A stretch of 64,000 nt of DNA from contig NC_045697.1 in NCBI RefSeq assembly GCF_009834535.1, positions 4,776,001 to 4,840,000 of the forward strand. The letters are read 5' to 3'. The DNA comes from Camelus ferus (taxonomy: Eukaryota). Numbering within the stretch: position 1 is the stretch's first letter; every line of letters starts with the position of its first letter. This document shows, piece by piece, positions 52,203-64,000 of the stretch. Made by a program: the position numbers and the translations under genes. The notes under the pieces are model-generated. The model was not told the DNA's origin, searched no databases, and saw nothing but the letters and a program-made list of their open reading frames with translations.

Positions 52203-52339
52203 GGCCAGCATCACGAGAGCAAGCTGGAGCACTCCCAGTTCACAGCGGATGGTGTGAATGAAGACCTTGCTCTGAATGACCAAATGGTAGACATTCTGTC
52301 TTCAGAGGACCCCGGGAGCATGCTCCAAGCCTTGGAAGA
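52203..52339 (+). CDS. EVC2: EVC2 coding exon 9 (gene continues beyond right edge)
   Basis: Acceptor CTCCTGCAG|GGC, donor GA|GTAAGA; 137 nt, ends in phase 2. Encodes GQHHESKLEHSQFTADGVNEDLALNDQMVDILSSEDPGSMLQALE(E); one codon shorter than recalled human FTSADG. Confidence 0.95.
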
Positions 52340-52997
52340 GTAAGAATTCCAGGTCCCATTATACTTTCACGGATATGATGAGTGTTCTAATGACAGCAGT
52401 AGGAGAGCAAACACTGAGTGCGTTTCATCCTTTAACTCACTCCAGGGATCATTCATTTGTCATCAGCAGTCATAATCGAGTAACTGCCACGCACTGAACA
52501 CTATGCTTGGTATCTGAGAAAAAAAGATAAGACATGGTTTGGGCTAGGAGGTGATCTGACCTAGTGAGAACACATGAACAGAAGTGACCACACAAGTCTG
52601 ATGAATACCACGGTAAGACTGGGGCTAGCTGAGCCCAGGAGAAAAAGTAATTACCTCTGAGCTGCTCGTGGAAATGCTTCCCAGAGGAAGAGAGATTTTC
52701 ACTAATTCCTGAAGCATGAGCAGAAGCTTTCCCAGTAGATTAAGGGAAGGGAGGCTTTTCGGGGCAGATCCCAAGATAGGAAATGAGCAAGACACATACA
52801 TTTGGCAAAGTGTAAGCAGCTCAGTACGACTGATGTGTGGGTTGGGGTGTTGAGTAGGACAGTGAAGTAGAGAAAGTGACACCTGGAGAGAGAGGCCAGA
52901 CCAGGAGATGTGATTTTGGCTAAACTGAATTCAGTTCTTTTTAATTTTAATTTTTTGTCTATTTATCTGTTTACTTTTAAGGATCATGATCTGAATG

Positions 52998-55900
52998 TTT
53001 TTATTTTATTTTATTATTATGGGGGCAACACTGGTTTATAGCATTATGTAAGTTTCACGTCCACAACATTATATTTCTACTTCTGTATCCCCTACACTGC
53101 GCTCACCACCAAAAATTTAGTCTTCATTGGTTACAGGGCAGATGACCCCCTTTACCCATTCATCCCTTCTCCCCACCCTTTCTTTGGTACCCACCATTCT
53201 GTTCTCTGTATCTACATGTTTGCTTTTGTTTGGCTTGGTTTATTCATTATTTTGTGTTTTCGTTTGTTTGTTTTCTGTGCTCCACATATGAGTGCAGTCA
53301 TGTGGTATTTTCTTTCTCCATCTGACTTGTTTCACTTACTAATACCGTCACGGTCCATCTATGTTGTTGCAAATGGCAAGACTTCATCTTTTTATGGCTG
53401 AGTAATATTCCATTGTGTATATACATTTCTTCTTTATCTTTTGTCCGTTGATGGGCACTGAGGTAGCTTCCATAGCTTGGCAATTGCAAATAAAGCTGCA
53501 GTGAGCATAAGGGTGCATATATCTTTTCAAATTAGTGTTTTCACATTCTTTGGATAAATACTTAGAAGTGGGGTATATATATCCAGTAGCTGGATCATAT
53601 GATAGGTCTAGTCTTATTTTTTTGAGGAATCTCCATAGTGTTTTCCATAATGGCTGCACCAACTTACATTCCCACCAACACTTGTTATTTCTTGCCTTTT
53701 GGATAATAGCTATTCTAACAGGCATGAGGTGATACCTCATCGTGGTTTTGATTTGCATTTCCCTGATAACTAGTGATGTTGTTTTTGTGTGCCTGTTGGC
53801 CATCTATGTGTCTTCTTTGGAAAAATGTCTGTTCAGCTCCATCTATTTACTGATTGGGTTGTTTCATGTGGTTGTTGTTGAGTTGTATCAGTTCTTTATA
53901 TATTTTTGGATATTACCACGTATCAGATATATTATTTGGAAATACCTTCTTCCAGTCAGTAGGTTGTCTTTTCATTTTACTGATGGTTTCCTTTGCTGTA
54001 CAGAAGCTTTTTGGTTTGATGTAGTCCTATTTGTTTATTTTTGCTTTTGATTCCTTTGCCTGAGGAGACATATCTAGACAGATACTGCTGAGACCTGTGA
54101 CCAAGGATGTATTGCCTTTGTTTTCTTTTAGGAGTTTTATAGTTTCAGGTCTTACAGGTAAGTCTTCAATCCATTTTGAGTTTATCTTGGTGTACGGTGT
54201 GAAATAGTGGTCTAGTTTCATTTTTTTCATGTGGTTGTCCAGCTTTCTTAACACCATTTATTGAAGAGACTGTCATTTCTCCATTGTCTATTCTTTGCTC
54301 CTTTGTTGTAGATTAATTGCCCATATATGCATGGGTTTATTTCTGAGCACTCAGTTCTATTCCATTGATCTGTGTATCTGTTTTTGTGCCAATACCATGC
54401 TGTTTTGATTACTATGGTTTTGTAATATAGTTTGAAATCAGGGCATGTGATACCTCCAGCTTTATTATTTTTTTTCTCAGGATTGCTTTGGTTATTCAGC
54501 GTCTTTTGTAGTTCCACATAAATTAAAAATTTTTTGTTCTCTTTCTGTGAAAAATGCCCTTGGGGTTTTGATAGAGATTGCATTGAATCTCTAGATTAGG
54601 TAATATGAACATTAAAAATACCTCATTCCATCCATTAACATGGGGTATTTTTCCATTTATTTGTGCCTTCTTCGATTTCTTTCAGCAATATTTTATACTT
54701 TTCAGCATACAGATCTTTCACCTCTTTGGTCAGATTCATTCCTAGGCATTTCATTTTTTTTTGTTGCAATTGTAAATGGAATTTTTAAAATATTCTCTTT
54801 CTGGTAGCTCATTGCTAGTGTGTAGAAGTGCAGCAGATTTTTGTAAGTTGATCTTGTATCCTGCAACTTTACTGTTTATTATTTCTTTTAGTTTTTTTGC
54901 TGGAGTCTTTAGTGTTTTCTATATATATACTTATGTCATCTGAAAATGGTGACAGTTTTAATTCTTTCTTCCTAATTTGGATACCTTTAGTTTTTTTTTT
55001 TTTTTTTTTGCCTAATTCCACTAGCTAGGACTCCAATACTGTGTTGAATAAGAGTGGTGAGAGTGGGCATCCATGTCTTGTTCCTGATTTCAGAGGGACA
55101 GGTTTCAGTTTTTCACTGTTGAAGATGATGTTAGCTGTAGGTTCATCATATGTGGCCTTTATTATGTTGAGGTATGTTCCCCCTACACCCATTTTATTGA
55201 GAGATTTTATGATAAATAGATACTGCGTCTTGTCAAATGCTTTTTGTGCATCTATTAGATGATCAGATGATTTTTATCCTTCATTTTGTTAGCGTGGTAT
55301 ATCAGTTTGATTGATTTGAAGATGTTGAAGCATCTTTGCCTCCTTGGAATAAATCCCACTTAATATGGTGTATGATTCTTTTAACATATTGTTTATTCAG
55401 TTTACTAATATTTTGTTGAGGATTTTTTCATCTATGTTCATGAGAGATACTGGCCTGTAATTTTCTTTTTTTGTGTTGTCTTTGTCTGCTTTTGGTATTA
55501 GTGTGATGTTGGACTTCTAAAGTTAGGAAACATTCCCTCCTCTTTTGTATTTTGGGAGAGTTTGATAAGATAGGTATTAAATCTTCTTTTAATGTTTGAT
55601 AGAATTCAACTGTGAAGCCATCTGGTCCTGGACTTGTGTTTTGGAGGCTTTTTGATCACTATTTCAATCTCTGTACTAGTAATTGATCTATTCAGATTTT
55701 CTATTTCTTCATAATTCAATTTTGAAAAGTTGTATGATTCTAAGAATTTGTCCAATTCTTCTTTGTCAAATTTGTTGTACACTGTCCATAATATTTTCTT
55801 ATAATCCTCTGTATTTCTGTGGTGTCTGTTGTTATTTCTCTTCTTTCATATTTGATTTTATTTATCAGTGCTTTCTCTCTCTCTTTTTTAATCTAGCTAA

Positions 55901-58900
55901 AGGCTTGTCAATTTTATCTTCTCCAAGAACCAGCTCTTAGTTTCATTAATTTTTGTCTTTTTAGTCTCTATTTCATTTATTTTCACTTTGATGTTTATTT
56001 CTGTCCTTCTACTGACTTTGGGCTTCATTTGTTCTTTTTCTAGTTCCTTTATGTGTATAATTAGATTGTTTATTTGAGATTTTTCTTGTTTCTTGAGGTA
56101 GGCCTTATTGCTGTGAATTACCTCTTAGGGCTGCCTTTGCTGCATCCCATAGATTTTTTGGTATGTTGTATTTTTGTTTGTCTTCGGGTACATTTTTTAA
56201 TTTCTCTTTTGATTTCGGCATTGACCCAATAATTGTTCAGTAATATGTTTTAGTCTTCAGATATTTGTGATTTTTCCAACTTTCTTCTTGTAGTTGATTT
56301 CTAGTTTCATACCACTGTGTTCAGAAAAGATGCTTGGTATGTCCTTAGTCTTCTTAACTTACTGAGAATTGTTTGTGTACCAACATATGATCTGTCCTTG
56401 AGAAAGTTTCATGTTCACTTAGGAGAATGTGTGTTCTACTGCGTTTGGATGGAATGTTCTGTACAAATCTATCAAACCCATCTGTTCTACTGTTTCCTTT
56501 TTGACTTTCTGTCTCCATGATCTATTCATTGATGTAAGCAGGGTGTTAAAATGAATCTCTCATTATTATTGTGCTGCTGTCAGTTTCTCCCTTTAGGTCT
56601 GCTAATACTTGTTTTATATATGCTGGTGCTCCCAGTGTTTGGTGCATATATATTAATAGCTGTTAGATCTTCTTGATGCAGTTTCCCTTTTATCATTATA
56701 CACTGCTCATTTTTGTCTCATTACCTTTTTTGGCTTAAAGTCTGTTTTGTCTGATATGAGTTTGTCTACACCCCCCTTTTTGGCTGCCATTTGCTTGGAG
56801 TATCCTCTTCCGGCCCTTCCCTTTCAGCCCATATTTGTCTTTAGAGCTGACAGGCAGCATGTAGTTGGGTCTTAATCCATTCAGCCACTCTGTGTCTTTT
56901 GATTGGTGAATTCAATCCATTTACATTTAAGGTTATGATTGATAGATGAGGACTTAGTTCTACCATTTTATCTTTTTTCTGGTTGCTGTATATGTCCCTT
57001 TTTATTTCTGGTGTTTCTATCTGCCATTTTGATTTGATGGTTTTCTATGATGTTTTTCTCAGTTTCCTCTTTTTTATGTTTCATGTCTTTGCTCTAGATT
57101 TATAATTTGTGGTTACCGTGATGCTTGTATAAAACTTTTCAGATAAAATAGTCCTTTTTCTGCTGATAGCATCTTATCTTCATTTATGTGTACAGAGTCC
57201 ATCTTTTTTTTTCTTCCCCTTTTGTGTTTTTTTCCCCTCAAGTTATCCATTTTTATGTTGTGAGTTACCAGACTGAAGTAGTTACCAGTATTTTTTCTGC
57301 TTTTTTCCCTCTCTCTAACTTTTATGTTATAATAAAGTGTTTTAAAACCTATTCTGGAAAAGAGTTACAATTTTCTGGTTCTGTCACCTTACTCAAACTT
57401 TTGAGTACTTTTCCTTTCTGTTTCTGGTAGAAGAACTCCTTCCAGCATTTCTCATAAGATAGGTCCAGTGGTGATGAACTCCCTCAGCTTTTGTCTGTTT
57501 GAGAAAGGCTTTATTTCTCCTTCATCTCTGAATGATAACCTTGCTGGAGAGAGTATTCTTGGGTGACATTTTTTGTCTTTCAGTATTTTGAGGAGGTCAT
57601 TCTGCTCCCTCCTGGCCTTTAAAGTTTCTTTGGAGAAATCTGCTGAGAGCCTAATGGTGGTTCCTTTGTAGGTTACCATCTTTTTTCCCTGGCTGCCTTG
57701 TCATTGACTTTTGACAATTTGAATATAGCGTGTCATGGAGATCTTTTTGCATTGGGGTAATTAGGTGTTCTCTTAGCTGCATAGACTGTGTATCCAATTC
57801 CTTTCCCGGGTTTGGAATTCTCAGTTATTATTTCTCAGAATAAACTCTCCACTCCTTTTTCTTTCTCTTCTCTGGGATACCCATTACCCTAACGTTGCCC
57901 TTCCTAAAAGAGCTGGATAGCTCTTGTAGACGTTCCCCATTTTCTAATATCTTATTTCTCTTCCCTCTTCTACTTGTGTCATTCCTAGATCTCTGTGTTT
58001 GAGCTCGCTAGTCCTCTCCATAGGGGCTGCTCTGTTTCCAATGTTTCCCAATGCGTTCTTTACCTCCTTTATGAGCTCTTCAGCTGCAGAATTGCAATTT
58101 GGTTCTTTTTTTGAGTTTCAATTTCTTTGATAAAGTATTCCCTCTATGCATTCATTTTATTCCTCAGCGCATTGAACTGCTTTTCTGGGTCTCCTTGTAG
58201 CTGGCCAAGTTTCTTCCTGACAGCTGTTTTGAATTCTCTATCAGTTAGATCTCAGTATTCCATGGCTCGAAGCTTGGTTTCTGGAGAATTGACATTTTCT
58301 TTTTGTGGTGCAATGTTGCTGTGGTTCTGCATGACGCTCGATGAAATGTCCCTCTGCCAGTGCACTTGTAGTCTTGAACACCTTTCCGCTTGATTCTGAG
58401 CTGCCTCTAGTTATATTCAGGAGCTGGCACTTCCCATCCTCCATTGCCGCTGTCAGAGGTGTGGCTCCGTGCTCTCGTTATCGCTTCCTGTGCCTCTGAG
58501 TTTGTTGGTACCTTGCTGTCGCCATTGTCACTGGTGTTGCTTCCTGGGACACCAGGATGGAGGGCTCGTCTGGAAACCCCTGAGTTGCAGGCTCTGTCAC
58601 CACAGGGGAAGGGGGAGGGTGGGGGGAGCTGGCTTCATGCAGGCACCTCTACCATGTCCAGTGTTGTGAGGTTCATGGGTTCATCTGCTGGGAGTGGGGA
58701 GCAAAGTTGTGGGTGCCTCAGTGGCTGGAGAACAGGGTTCGAGACCCCACTGCCACTGCTGGCCAGTTACTTATGGCTAAAGGCTCTGCTGCGGCTGGAA
58801 TATCAGAGTCTTGTGCATCCCCTCCCCCTGCTGCTACTGGGATGTTTGGGGCTGGGGGCTCATCTGGCATGGCTTGGGGGGCTAGGACTGCAGGCACCAT

Positions 58901-59094
58901 CTCTGCTGTTCCCCCAGTTCTGCCTCCACTATGTGTGCCAGTCTACTCACCTTTAGATGTACAAATGTGTGGAATTTTCTGGCATCCTGTTAGGCAGGGG
59001 CCCCTTTGTTGTACTGTGGGTGTTTTACTGGTTATGGATTAAAGGAGGAGACAGAGAGGATGTCTCACTCCACCATGATGCTGATGTCCTCCTC
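52998..59094 (-). mobile_element. Near-full-length, degenerate LINE-1 (5'UTR, ORF1, ORF2, 3'UTR), antisense in EVC2 intron 9
   Basis: ORF1 fragment VTYKGTTIRLSADFSKETLKARR (57452-57679). ORF2 start HLSIITLNVNGLNSPI (~56900-56950). RT motif read as FSDD (~54931-54946). ORF2 C-terminal [14 protein letters not shown] and [16 protein letters not shown] fragments (53384-54583). T-rich tail at ~52998. Many stops and frameshifts. Confidence 0.92.
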
Positions 59095-62000
59095 TATACC
59101 CATTCTTTTTAGGTATTTAACAAATACTTATAATTTCTATGTATGTGTAACAGAACATAGAGCCAGATGTGGTTCTGAGAACTTTACAAATACTTACAAT
59201 CTTCTTAACAACCCTAGGAAGCAGGTACTGCTGTCTTTACCATCCTACAGATGAGGACTCAAGGTTAAGGAGCCTGCCCCAGGGCACACACAAGTAAATG
59301 AGAGAGCAGGTTTCAGACCCACGTAGTGTGGCTCCGGGATACATGCTCTTGGTCAGGGTCCTGCGCTGACCGTGGTTTCTCCTGCCAGGCACATGGCTCA
59401 CAGTCTCCTGGTTGTCACTCTAAAATTGATCATTTTAGCTTTTCCCTCTTTCAGTTCACAAATGTTGACAGATGACTTCTTTATGTTTCCCTTTTTCAGT
59501 TGCTGCCAAAATTCTCAATCTCATCTTTTGTTTCCTCAAACATACTAAGCAGAATTATTTTTATGTCTCCATCTGAAAACTTGACTGTGTTTACCCCTGT
59601 TTGGCGTCTACTACATGTTGTTCCTCTTAGTTTGTGATCATACTTTCCTGTCTCCTTGTATGCCTGTGTAGTTTTGATTGTGTCCCAGACATTGTAATGA
59701 AAACTGAGAAGACAGTTTGAAGACTAGGATGCTGCTGCCTTCTTCCAGGTGGTTAAGGGTGTGCTTGTGGGCTACCTCGATCTAATCAGAGATGGAGTTC
59801 GTTCAAAGTCGGGCTTCATTTCCTTCAAGGTCTGGTCTGTTTCTGGTACATCTTTACTCCTGAGGTATGAATACCAACCAGAAGGCCAAGGGATTTCATC
59901 ATGGTGATGTCTCCTCAGCAGTCTTTGAACTCCAGGTTTCATCTTCGGAAATTCTGCTCAGCTTTTCAGCCCCTGCCTCTTCTAGATCTACCAGATGCTC
60001 TTAGGAACAGTGTCCCCAAATATGGGACTCTCTGAGCTTCCTAGTGCTCCTAGATCTTGACTTCATGTTTATTTACTGCCTTGTTAGCCCTCAGATACTT
60101 TCAAACAGATTTTGTTTCTGTCCAACTTTTCTAATTGTTTTCAGTGGGAGAGTTTGTCAAATTTACCTTGGCCACCCTCAATAGGAACAGATCCCATCTT
60201 TGCGTAAACCGTCCTCTGGGCAATGAACCAGATTCAGTCCTTGCTGTCAGTGGCAGCGTATGACCCTGTGTTTTCCAATGTAGATGTGGAAACAGGCATG
60301 GCTTAAAATAGCATAAAGCAACAGGGCCACCAAGTGCATTGGTTAAGACCATGGTCCCTGGAGTTAGATCAGGGTTTAAATCTGGGCTGTGACACCATGT
60401 GGCCTTGGTTAAGCTACTTAAGTGAAGGCTTAGGATGGAGAAGAGGAGCAGGGTCACAGAGATTTCTGGATGTCAGACTCCACAGTAAGTACTGGAGACT
60501 CAGGGAATTTTTTTTTCAATATGAGTAGATTGTGTTTTAAAAAACTACTCTGGATGCAAATAGAAAATGGCTTAAAAGGGAGAGTGGGGAGACTAGGGTT
60601 GGGGATGTCGAAGTGTGATGTAGGGTGAGAACGGTGGACTTGAAGGGAAGGGAAAATCTCAGATGACTCCCCAGGGTTCTGGGTTTTGTTTGTTAGTTTA
60701 TTGATTTATTTTTGAGGGGGAAAGGTGGGGGCACCCAACAGTTCCAGCCTCTCAGTAGATCCCGAGATTGCAGAAGTGTCCAGGAGCATGGAGGACGGAG
60801 GGGGTCCACCTTCATGACAGCAGTTAGATGCTGAATCTGGGGCACAGATCTTTGGAAGATTATGCCAGATACACCATCTGAAGGGACTGGATTCTCATTT
60901 GGTTATAGCAGCATTTCGTTTTTACCTTTTTTGCTTTCTTATTATTAATAATGGGACCACGTTGGAACCCTTCAGACTGGATGCCATGTACAACAAACTT
61001 TTCCTGATCCTAGAGTCAAGGTGCAGAGCGTCTTCTGCCCACTTCCCCCTGGGGAGTCATTGCCGTGAATTTAGAGTCATCAGCATGCTGATAAGCTCTA
61101 ATGCTTTATATTTTTGTGTATTTGTGCAGCGTATAAAAATGTACAATCTCTTTCCCATGCCATAGTTAACCTGGTCCTTACACTGATGCTCTATTGCACA
61201 TCTAGCTTTCAGTATTGGATAGTTGAAGAATCTGCTGCTCGGCTAAGTCGAGAGGTTTATCTGTAGTCACACATCTAGTAAGTGACAGAGCAGGACTTGA
61301 GCTTTCTCAGTATTTAACATCGGGCACACTGGATTTTGCAAATATTCTCTGAACCTCAGTTTCATTATTGCTTATCTGGGGAAACTGTGACCCACCGCCG
61401 GGGGACACTGTAAAGTGTAGCGATACAAAAGAGACGTATGATAGAGTCCTTACAGCAACGTTGCCTCTGGGTCAGATTTAAAGGGAGATGAGCAGATCCC
61501 AACAAGAAGCGTTCAAGACGATCAGCACTTCCTTGAGTCTTTCTCCAGACCGTTGCAGGCAGCAGCTGAAAATGGAGGCGCTCCAGAGGCAAAGCTGAGC
61601 AGCCCTGTGACCCTGTTTCCTGGAACCTGCTAGCGGTGTCCTGCGGTGAGGAGAGACAGGCCCAGGTTAGAAGCAGAAGCAGAGAGTGGCCTCCTCTTCA
61701 GAGGGACTGCTCACCGAGCTGGAGGGGAGCTCCGCTGTGTCTGGCTCACAGCGCCTTGTGAGCCGAGCGGGTGTTCTCAGCAGAGAGGGCCTTTCCTCCT
61801 GCTTGGAAGGGGGCTCCTTCCCAGCTGAGTGAGCGCCTCTAGGCAGGGCCAGCCCGTCAGCTTTGTGACTGCCTGGATGACCTCGCACCCAGCTGGGAAC
61901 CGGGCCTGTGAATCCATTTCTGGGTGTCAGGCTTCTGTGGTCATTCAGGTGTGATCCTTCATTTTAGCTTAATTCCCTAATCACAATGCCAAGGGTGACA

Positions 62001-62366
62001 AATTAAAATTCACTGCACTGTCCGAGAGGGCGAAGGAAGGACAGGCGGGTGGGGGGGGGGCGGCTGCTTCCTGGTGGGGAGTAATAAATGTTTCCAATGA
62101 TAGTAAGTGGTAGGAGCAGGGGATCACCAACATATTTCATAGCTAAAAGTTTGTTTTCTTCCAATACTTGGAAATGAATAATAAAGTGAAAGGACTTGAT
62201 TTGTGTGATCAGCACCCAGGTATTTAATTTGCAAGAAGGCCATGCCCCATCACCTTCTGACCTGCGTCGTTAGTGCTGTAAAATAGGAAAGTGTTGGTCA
62301 TCCCTGCTTTGTTTTAGACTCAAGAAGTGATGACCTTTGAGAAGCACATCTTCCTTTCTCCCAATG

Positions 62367-63025
62367 TTTTATGAAATTATTCTCAGCCGCTGCCATTTGC
62401 TGGTTTTGGGCTGTGAACGTGGTTCAGGAAAAAGGGGGCTGAGAGGATGGCTGTGTCCCAGGTGTCCCAGGTTTCCCAGGCGAGTCCCTGGGACCACTGC
62501 GTCCAGCCAAGTGAGTTCCTTGGCTTCTCGCAGGGAAGAACTCAAGAGCAAGCCAGAGCAGAGTGAAGGCAGATTGATTCGGAGAGATGCATACTCCACA
62601 GACCAAGTGTAGGCCCTCTCAGAAGGCCAGAGAGGCCACGAGGCGTGGGGGTAGGTGTTTGGTTTAAAGTGAAAGTAAATACACCGTCCATAGACAGAGT
62701 GAGGGCCATCTCAAAAGGAGGGAGAAAGGCCCGAGGAGGTGTGAGGTTGTTGGTGTTTATGAGCGTGGTTATTTCATATCCTAGCAAGGGGGAGGGTTAT
62801 TCCAGCTGCTTTGGGGAAGGGGCTGGGATTCCTAGGAATTGACCCTTATGGTCAGCCTCTGAGCCGTCCTGGCACCTGTGGGAGGGCCATTTGGCAGCTA
62901 CTATATTACAATGAGCCTATAATGAAGCTCAAGGTCTCCTGGGAGTGGAATCGTCCGCCATCTTGGTGCTAATGGCTGTGTCATTCTTTTAATCCTTGTG
63001 CCCTGCCCCCTGCCCTCCTATCTCA
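62367..63025 (-). mobile_element. ERV1-type solo LTR
   Basis: Ends CCTCCTATCTCA and is flanked by AATG (62363-66, 63026-29), though the left end reads TT rather than TG. Contains CCGCCATCTTG (YY1 motif) and a diverged internal duplication. Confidence 0.6.
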
Positions 63026-64000
63026 AATGCGATAAGGATATTAAGCTTCACCAAGATTTTATCCTTGCAAATCACTTAGTAGCTCTGGCTGGAATTTTGT
63101 ATTTATTTCTTCTTGGGAACCAATTGTATTTTGCCTGAAGAGTGTTGCACAATGATTACCATGCATGATCTGAAAGCCCCCAGCTGGAGAGCTAAGGGTC
63201 CTCCTCCCTTCCCCTCTGCCAGCTCCTCCCTACCCCCCGCCTCATCCCAACACTCAGTATTTATTGAAAACCAGCTCTGTTTCAGGCACTGTGGTTGGAT
63301 GCTCATTTGGGGACTGGGTGATGGTTTGAAAAATTGTAGCACTGTCAATTACTTTTAATCTTTCCATCTTGACTTATGTCAGGTGTAGAAGCTCCTAGAA
63401 AGAACCTGTCATTCAGAGTGTCAGGAGCTTGGGACTCTGTGATAATCTCCCCACCAAAAATAGCACTTTTCTCTAGAAAATAATGGATCCCATTTGTAAT
63501 TCTTCCATTAGGTTTAGCTGGGATTCTAAACATACCATTTGGTGATTTGATTGTCACCTCATTTCCGAGACCCATCAGAGCCGCTGCTCTGCCCTGTCTT
63601 GCTGATTTATTTTTGACAGAGCATTTCCTTGGTTTGCCAGGTTGTCTGTCTTTTACATCGTTTATTCATGGGCTGCCTCTTATGGACAGGATTTGAGGAA
63701 GGAATATTTCCTTTGATTTCTGTCAGACTCCCTCCCTGTTGCCCTAATGGAAGCGGCTCAAGCCCCAGGCGTTGGGGGAAGGAGGGAGGAGCAACAGGGC
63801 ACTGGCTGGTCCCGGAAGCTTCTGGAGGCACGGGATGCTGCAGGGTTTTAGCTCCGGTCTTGCTCTGGCCCTCACGCCCGCCAAGTATGTCACGCCGGCC
63901 ATCTTATTTCATTCTCTCAGCAAGTTTCCCAAGGAAGCTGGTGTTCAGGAAGGTTCATTGGTTTTGCCTGAGGTCGTACAAGTGGTCATGGACTTGGGTC

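Noticed and set aside
18319..52339. EVC2 as a pseudogene because of the exon-5 GG
   Set aside because: All nine exons are open, the phases are compatible, and an in-frame AG is available.
53298..57679. Active L1 or standalone protein-coding ORFs
   Set aside because: Fragmented by stops and frameshifts, and the RT motif is altered.
52340..64000. EVC2 exon 10
   Set aside because: No LEIATLNRADADLEAC-like sequence seen; it presumably lies beyond the window.

Overview
Mammalian genomic DNA holding the 5' ends of the head-to-head Ellis-van Creveld gene pair. EVC is on the minus strand (coding exons 1-4, running off the left edge) and EVC2/LIMBIN is on the plus strand (coding exons 1-9, running off the right edge). 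The two ATGs are about 2.7 kb apart, each in its own CpG island, with a perfect ~(CA)55 microsatellite and a tRNA-derived SINE between them. The rest is intron filled with interspersed repeats: MIR, L2, L1 (including one near-full-length ~6.1 kb antisense copy), a HAL1-like element, MER82, MER5A, and MaLR/ERVL/ERV1 solo LTRs. The SINE type suggests a camelid genome. I found no new biological system; this is a well-known ciliary Hedgehog-signalling locus. The most notable details are: the position of the ancestral EVC2 exon-5 splice acceptor reads GG, with an in-frame rescue AG 12 nt downstream; EVC exon 1 has two upstream AUGs in better Kozak context than the main AUG; a near-identical NRF1-like/GC motif sits in both promoters; EVC2 exon 7 has a tandem donor; and EVC2 exons 2-3 form an in-frame skippable cassette. 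All comparisons to human or mouse sequences and to repeat consensus sequences are from memory, not from a search.
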